Below, one piece after another: positions 54,785 to 64,000 of a stretch of DNA of 64,000 nucleotides. A program made the position numbers and the translations under genes. The stretch lies in assembly GCF_009914755.1 (NCBI RefSeq), contig NC_060944.1. One strand, given 5' to 3'. This stretch comes from the human T2T-CHM13v2.0 reference genome, Homo sapiens. The first letter of the stretch is position 1, and each line of letters begins with the position of its first letter. Below the pieces are notes generated by a model. The model saw only the letters and a list, made by a program, of their open reading frames with translations. It was not told where the DNA came from and ran no database searches.

Positions 54785-56639
54785 TAGATCTAAACCGTGA
54801 GAGCAGGGCCTCTGTCCCTCTTGCTCACACCATTTCACCTGAACCTAGCACACTAGCTGGCACAGAGTTGGTGCTCAATATATAATTTTGGAATGAATGA
54901 ATGAACAGATGTATAAACATGAAATAAATTATCAAACTCCTTGTCTCCTTTTCACCACTGCTATGGCACTTGGCTAGACTTCTTGCTCTCTAGTCTTAAA
55001 AGGTTCTATTTTTGTTCTATTTTGCACATGGTTTCTCTCCACTAGCCCATGACCTCCATGAGGCTGGGTGCTGTAAGACACTACCCAAGTGATCTTTCCC
55101 ATGCCCAACACAGGTACACGCACGTGGAAGTCAAGCTTTGCACAGTGTTTGCAGCTACTAGTATTCACCTGAGATGGAAAAAGACTAAGTCCCATGGGTA
55201 CTCTATTTCTGAAATATGTTCCAGTTTGTCATGTCTTAAAGATCTAACTTTTATGTTTCTTTCGGGCTTTAACCCTGGTATGTGGATTTGAGAGGATCAA
55301 CTTAGTCCTGTCTTTTCCCGCTTCATAACCTTAGGCAAGTTGCTTAATGTCCTTGTGTCTCTCTTATTACGTGAAGATGATTCTAATTCCATTGCAGTGA
55401 TCCACCACCTACTTCTTTGGAATAGCATGTAAGTAAATAAGAGCATGTCCATAAAAGCTTTTGAGCACCTGAGAGATAAACATTGTTCTCACATGGCATA
55501 TTATAATTGGTCAAGAACGTGGTAGTTATTCTCAGAGATATAAAACCAATAGTACATTGTTTTCTCTGATTTATCAGAATAACTCAATAAAAGCTCTGTG
55601 TTCCTCAAGTGAGCCAGCCAGTTATAAACAAGATCAGAATAATGCAGCCATTGCAGGATGGTGAAGGATAGCCACTTAGCTCTAAAGCTGAAGTAAGTCC
55701 AATTGACTTAGAACCTTCACCCTAGCTGTCATTCCAAGTGGGGTCCAGTTTACAAATATTTCTGCCCTGCATTTCTTCTGCAGTTCTGATAGGGGAACAT
55801 CCCAATGAAAGCACACCTTTCTTTCACAACTACCTGAAAGACAAAGTCTGGCTTACCCTGCTATCAAAGGCGTTCCATTATTCAATTCCAGTGGACTCTA
55901 TACAGCTTATCACCAAGTATATACCATTCAAGGCCCAGCCAGAGGCCCATGCAAGGCCATGTTCCCTCATTTCCACCCACCAATGGGTGCCCACACTGGT
56001 CCTCCTATCCTGGAAGGTCTTTACCACCTCTCTTAACTTTCCCAGTCTTGGCTCTCCCTCATTCACTCATTTCTTCAGCAGATATTCACTCAACACTCTG
56101 CTGGGGACTCAATTTAGACCCCTCCATGCAATCCTGCCTTTTGTGGGAATCCTTCATCCTTCACTCACCACTCTGGCTGCACCTTGCTGAAGCCTTGGCC
56201 CTCCTCAGATCCTCACTGTTTTGTTGGCTGACTTCTCAGGTGGTGAATGGGAAACTCAAGATGATGGGAAATTAAATTAACCTCTTATGAACTGACCTGA
56301 TTAATCAATAGAAAGAAAGGGCTGGAGTAGCTAATATAGGAAAACTTGACCCCTCAAAGTTTCCATATTTGTAACTTATCACTCTCTTTGACTTCTGGGG
56401 TCAGTGAAGCCTAACACTTACAAAGACATGCTCAATCAATCAAGAACTAAGACTTGGGTCTTCTACAGAGTTAATTTTATACTTAAACTTCCTCAGACCT
56501 TGATTTGAATTTTGATCAGACCAGGTGTTTCCTAATACAGACATTTCCTTGAGGAGGTAATTTGGTTCTCAGACTTCCACCAAACCCTTCTAAGCAAAGG
56601 TTAGAAAGGAAAGAATTTAACAATATTCTGATAGTATGT

Positions 56640-57056
56640 GTGTATTAAGGTAATACTTGGTGTCATAATACATAAGCCACCAAATCCCAATGGCATAACC
56701 CAACAGAAATTTATTTCTATTCATAATAAATCTAATTGGTAGTGATAAGAAGTAGGGTTGGGAGGCGGTAAGGACTCTGTTCCTCACATTTCTTCAGAAA
56801 ACCAGGCTAACAAAGGTTCTGGAATCTTTAATGTGTAGCTTCCAAGGTCATCTTGGCCATCAACATTCAGATGGCAACAGTGAAGAGAGGCTTTTATGAG
56901 CTAGTCATAGAAGTAACACACTTTTCTTCTATTCACTTCACGTTGCTCAGAACTCAGTCTTATGGCCACATTTGTCTTCAAGGGATGTCAGAAATGTAGC
57001 CTAGCTGTGAGGAGGAGAGGTAAATGGGTTTGGTGAATAGCCAGTCTTTGTCACAC
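56640..57056 (-). mobile_element. Old MLT1 MaLR LTR
   Basis: aaatcccaatggcataacccaacagaaatttatttc...tggccaca...gaaatgtagcctagctgtg. Confidence 0.6.
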
Positions 57057-57884
57057 CAGACAATAGTGTTGAAATATTTAAAAGATAATAAGAGATAATG
57101 GAAGCTATTATTTTTGCAAGTGATCTTTTATTTTCTGTTCTTTCATTAATGAACAGAAAATATTTATTAAGTGACTTGCCTATTAAAAAATCTTTAAAAT
57201 ATTATTGTTATACAAGGTGGTGAGTGTAATGATGGTGTTATGCAGTGAGAACATCCAGCCTGGTGCTTTTTAGGAAGTGAAGCCAGAGCTGTGTCTTAAG
57301 GCAGGCAGAGTGTCTGTATGTGAGGTGGAGGTGAGGGAGAGGTGAAAGGGGAGAACAGTTGGGAAGAAACAGAAGAAACTGAAGAAATTACGAAAAGTGA
57401 CGATATGAAGAAAGGCTAGGAAGGAATAAAAAGCAGGGTGTGAAGTGAAAGCCATTTGATACTGCTTAGGCAATAAATGGAAGGTGGAACATCAGAGATC
57501 AGGCAGATTATTGTCTTCTGTACCAAATAACTAAGCTCTATACTGAAAACCAACAATTCCCAAAGAGTTTTTCTCATGACATAGGTAGATGTCATGAAAG
57601 ATAAAAGAAAAAAAAATGTATTTGATATATGTACTGAGTTTCCCAAGTTAAATGGTTTTTCACTTCAGTATTGCTCACAGCACTTAACAAGTTGATTCAA
57701 TCAGCAAATATTTATCCCACATCATGTGTGAGGCCATGTGTAGACACTGGGGACACAGTGAGGAATAAGAAAGATATTGCCACTGACTGCTACATCCTAG
57801 CTTTTGACATGAAAATCCCCAGCACAGGGCAAAGGTACATACTTTTTTTTCCCAAACTCTTTTTGTTGATGGCCATCTCTAGGG

Positions 57885-58140
57885 AGCAGATTAGAGTTAG
57901 ACCTCCTGATGGTGTCCCATAATTCTTGTGGTCTTTCTTTATTATTCTTAATTATCTTTTCTCCTCTAACTGGAAAATTTATTTTCCAGAAATTATATTT
58001 GCAGAGAGTGGCTGAAAACATCTACATCTGGGGAAAGATGCCAACACACAGACATAGGAAGTACAGAGACCTTCAGTAAAATTTAACCCAACGAGAAACT
58101 TTACCATCACACATAAAATTAAACTACCCCAAATCAAGAA
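57885..58140. mobile_element. Two adjacent L1 ORF1 fragments in opposite orientation
   Basis: Minus strand encodes ..ERPQELWDTIRRSN.. (ORF1p-like); plus strand 57990-58140 resembles the downstream ORF1 segment (ggctgaaaac...ctggggaaagatgccaacacacagacataggaag). Confidence 0.6.
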
Positions 58141-58894
58141 CTAAATAGTGTATCATTTGCGTCAGTTCTACATGTAAAAACATACTTTTTGTTATTCACC
58201 AAAAAAAAAATGCTGTTATAGATGATGGTTGGATGTTAGAGCTAGAGAAAGAGTTGTCTAGCACCTGCAGAGTTGAGGAGTCAAAATCAAATAAAGAGAC
58301 CACCCAGGAGGTAATTGCAGTGGTCCAGGAGAAAGGTGATGGGTATCTATCCTGATGTTCTCAATTCTATCTTGGGGATCTTTCTCTCTATTCATTGCTA
58401 CTGTGCCTATCCTTCCACTGCTCAGCAGTCAAACCTTTGATCAATTCTTCCCTCATTCATGAAACCTCCCCTGCCTTTTCCAGCCAGTGTTAGCTTCATG
58501 TTCCTCCCAGTTCTCACAGCTGTTCCCTGAACATCTCTCTATGTACCATTTGTCAGCTTTCAGTCTCTCTGTGGACATTTCCTGTCTTCTGGCAGAACAG
58601 TTGGTAACATGGACACTCAATGAGACTTGGTTTAGTGTTGAACTGGTAAGAAAATAATGACAATAACAAAATATTTCAAATAGAATTGGTGCTGGAGTTT
58701 TGATGCTGTCGAAAAAGTAAATTTTACTATAAGTTGTCCTACATATTGGTAGATTTCAGCGGCCTGAACAACTTGAGTTGACTGAGCAACTAGATTTCTT
58801 CTACTCCAGCTATCCTACTTGGTTCTGCTAAATAGGAGCTTTCTTGAAGCTTGGATTTTATCATGTGAAACATTGTTTTATTACAGAGTCTGCT

Positions 58895-59091
58895 AATAAA
58901 CTGCCAAGAGGTCAATGATTAATTACACCAGGTGCCTTCCGAAACAAAAATAAAATTATCAGGAAGGTGCTGTGTCCAAATAAACGTATCAACCAATAAA
59001 CTGCTAACTGGTCAATGATTAATTGCACCTTGTGCCTTCCAAAACAAAAATACAATTATCAGGAAGGTGCTGTGTGCAAATAGATTTATCA
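58895..59091 (+). repeat. 100-bp tandem duplication (2 copies, ~85-90% identical)
   Basis: AATAAACTGC...GGTCAATGATTAATT...TGCCTTCC...TTATCAGGAAGGTGCTGTGT recurs with an exact 100-bp period (58895, 58995). Confidence 0.93.
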
Positions 59092-59598
59092 TACATGACT
59101 ATACACATGTAGAATCAAGTGACACACTCTAAAAGAAGCAACTCTCCTATTTGTAAACAAATGATCTGGGCTGAGACTTGAGTTTTATAAAGCATTTCTA
59201 AACATTTGTATTTATAAAATACATGTCATAAAGCTATTGTTAAAATACTCATTTCTTAAAATCTCCAGACAATTTAGAGAAATTAATTCACCCTAATTAA
59301 GTAAGGCAAATTAAGTTGTATTATATGCCCTTCCAAGTAAGGTAGAACTGTACTCTCATCATTCTTGCATCATTCCATTTTCATGATCTTTGGTGCTATA
59401 TCACTTGCATAACTTCAGTCATATCTAATTGACATTCCAAAGTATTTTGAAGAGAAATAAATGGCAGCTTTGAAATCAATCAGACATTCAAATGTTTTAG
59501 ACTAAAAGCAGAGTTTTCTACTGAGGAAAGAACTGAATTTTACCAAACATTAGGTGATGATTTAAAAAAAAATACATGCTAAAAGTGCATAATCTATA

Positions 59599-60098
59599 CA
59601 GTTGACCCTTGAATAACACAACTTTGAACTGTTAGGATCTATTTATACACTGATTTTTTTTCAATAGAAGTTACACTGGGTGCACCTCTCCTTCCTTCCT
59701 TTCCACCTCATCCACCTCTTTCATCTCTGCCACCCCTGAGATAGCAAGACCAACCTCTTCTCTTCCTCCTCCTCCTCCTCCTCAGCCTACTTAGTGTGAA
59801 GTCAGTGAGGATTAAGAACTTTATGATGATCCACTTCCACTTAATGAAAAGAAAATACATGTCCTCTCCCTTATGATTTTCTTAATAACATATTTTTCTC
59901 TAGCTTACTTTATAAGGATATAGTATATAATATAAATAACATACAAAATATGTGATAATCTGCTATTCATCAGTAAGGCTTCCCATCAACAGTAGGCTAT
60001 TAGCAGTTAAGTTTTTGGAAAGTTTAAAGTTACACATAGATTTTTGACTGCACAGAAGGCCAGCACCCTTAACCCCCATGTTGTTCAAGGGTCAATGG
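59599..60098. mobile_element. Tigger2-derived (TcMar-Tigger) non-autonomous DNA transposon
   Basis: TIRs CAGTTGACCCTTGAA ... TTCAAGGGTCAATGG, TA flanks (59597-59598, 60099-60100). Confidence 0.9.
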
Positions 60099-60289
60099 TA
60101 CTACCAATCAGGTTAGGGCATTCATTAACCAATCAGAGTTGATTTGGGACATAAACAACTGAGATGAGTATATCAGTGTGTACTAGATAGCCATCAGTCC
60201 TGCCCCCTCCACTGAGACCCATCAGTTAGTCCCATATTTAGTTTACAATTTTTGTTACTCTGATGGGAACTGACTGATGGATCCTTTCC

Positions 60290-61510
60290 ACTGCAAGTAA
60301 TGGAAGCCTCAAACGTGGGTAGATTGAAATGAGGCTTTTGTTATTCTCTCATAGCAAGTCTAGTATTGGGTAGTCCTTGGCTTTGTTGATTCAGTAACTC
60401 AACAATGTAATCGAAAACCAGTATTTTCCATCTCTTCATTCTACCATCTTTTGTGCATTAAAAAATGCCTTCCCCTTATGCCACAGGAAGGTTGCTGTAA
60501 TTCCAGAAATCCCAATCAGACACAACAATGTCTGGAGAAAAACAGAGACATTTTCCATTTTTTACCAACTATTTTTATTCTTACATAAAGCCTTTCTCAG
60601 AAGTCACCCAATGGACGTTCCCTCACTTCCCATTGGCCAAGACTGGTCTTCATGCCCATGTCTAAACCAGTCACTGGCAAGACTACTATGGCTATCTTGG
60701 ACTAATTATGCTTTACCCCCTGAGGCTAGAGAAAGGTCACCTTCAACTGAACATCAAGGTTCTTCTTGCAATAAATAAAGAATATGACCATAAGGTAGAC
60801 AATCAACAGTCTGCATCGCATAACAAACCCCACCAGATGATCTGTTTGAAAGGAGAATTTGTGATCTTGTAAAGCCACACTTGCACTCAAGTCTCAGTGC
60901 TATGCTCATGAAACTCAAATTGAGCCCCATTTTTATGTTTCATTTCTTCTGTAGTAATGACAGTTGGACCACAGGGCTTGTTCAGAGTCTGAGGGAGAAG
61001 TGCTCCTATATAACTATGAATGAAATGTGAATCTCTTACAATCTTTGAAGGCTCATCTCCTACAACAGAACATTCCTTCAGGTTATCAAGAATAAAATGA
61101 GTCTTAGAGATGCGGAAATATTTTAGATGGGTGGATTAATCAGGATAAATAATGCTAACTGCTGCAACAGAAAAGCCATAAGTCTCACTAGCTTAACCAT
61201 GAGTTTTATTCATCAAACATGTAAAGTTCATTGAAGATCAGGCACCACTTTCACCCTGTAGCTTTTCCTTCTGGATCTGGTGGTTTGCAAGATTCAACGG
61301 TAGAGGAAGAGAGAGATGGATGAGACATACCAGCTCGTGACTGCCTCAGCCCAGAAGTGACACATGACATTTCCACTCAGAGTCCATCAGCCAGAATGAG
61401 TCACATGGCCTACCACAATTGCAAGAAAGGCTGGAAAATACAGAGAAAATCATGAATATATATATATATAATATATCTTCATTATTAGCTGTATTCTGTC
61501 TGCCATATGG
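60290..61510 (-). mobile_element. Two old MLT1 MaLR LTR relics (~60290-60820 and ~61130-61510)
   Basis: cctcacttcccattggccaagactgg; ccagaagtgacacatgacatttccactca...gagtcacatggcc. Confidence 0.55.
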
Positions 61511-61519
61511 TGTGTAAAA

Positions 61520-64000
<2,481 letters not shown>

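Noticed and set aside
55738-56275. Overlapping 150-aa and 108-aa ORFs
   Set aside because: Non-ATG starts, no recognisable homology, composition typical of random intronic frames.

Overview
Mammalian (primate, most likely human) genomic DNA: AT-rich, CpG-depleted and dense in Alu, L1, L2, MIR, MaLR/ERV LTR and DNA-transposon relics. The only protein-coding sequence I can support is the first coding exon of SPTLC3 (serine palmitoyltransferase long-chain base subunit 3) on the + strand, 32683-32799 (MANPGGGAVCNGKLHNHKKQSNGSQSRNCTKNGIVKEAQ, ending at a CAG|GTAAGA donor). About 32 kb of upstream DNA precedes it and the remaining ~31 kb is intron 1; I did not find exon 2. I see no prokaryotic-type system, CRISPR array, tRNA or rRNA. 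The best leads are regulatory: (1) a 19-codon uORF with two strong-Kozak AUGs ahead of a weaker-context main AUG, plus a TATA-like box and a splice acceptor that could bypass it; (2) a candidate 117-nt poison cassette exon in intron 1; (3) an exact 33-bp sequence shared by two sites 3.8 kb apart; (4) several local tandem duplications, one doubling an HNF1-like motif and one tripling an ETS motif; (5) a perfect 12-bp CRE palindrome early in intron 1. Repeat subfamily names and the boundaries of old repeats are by eye and approximate.
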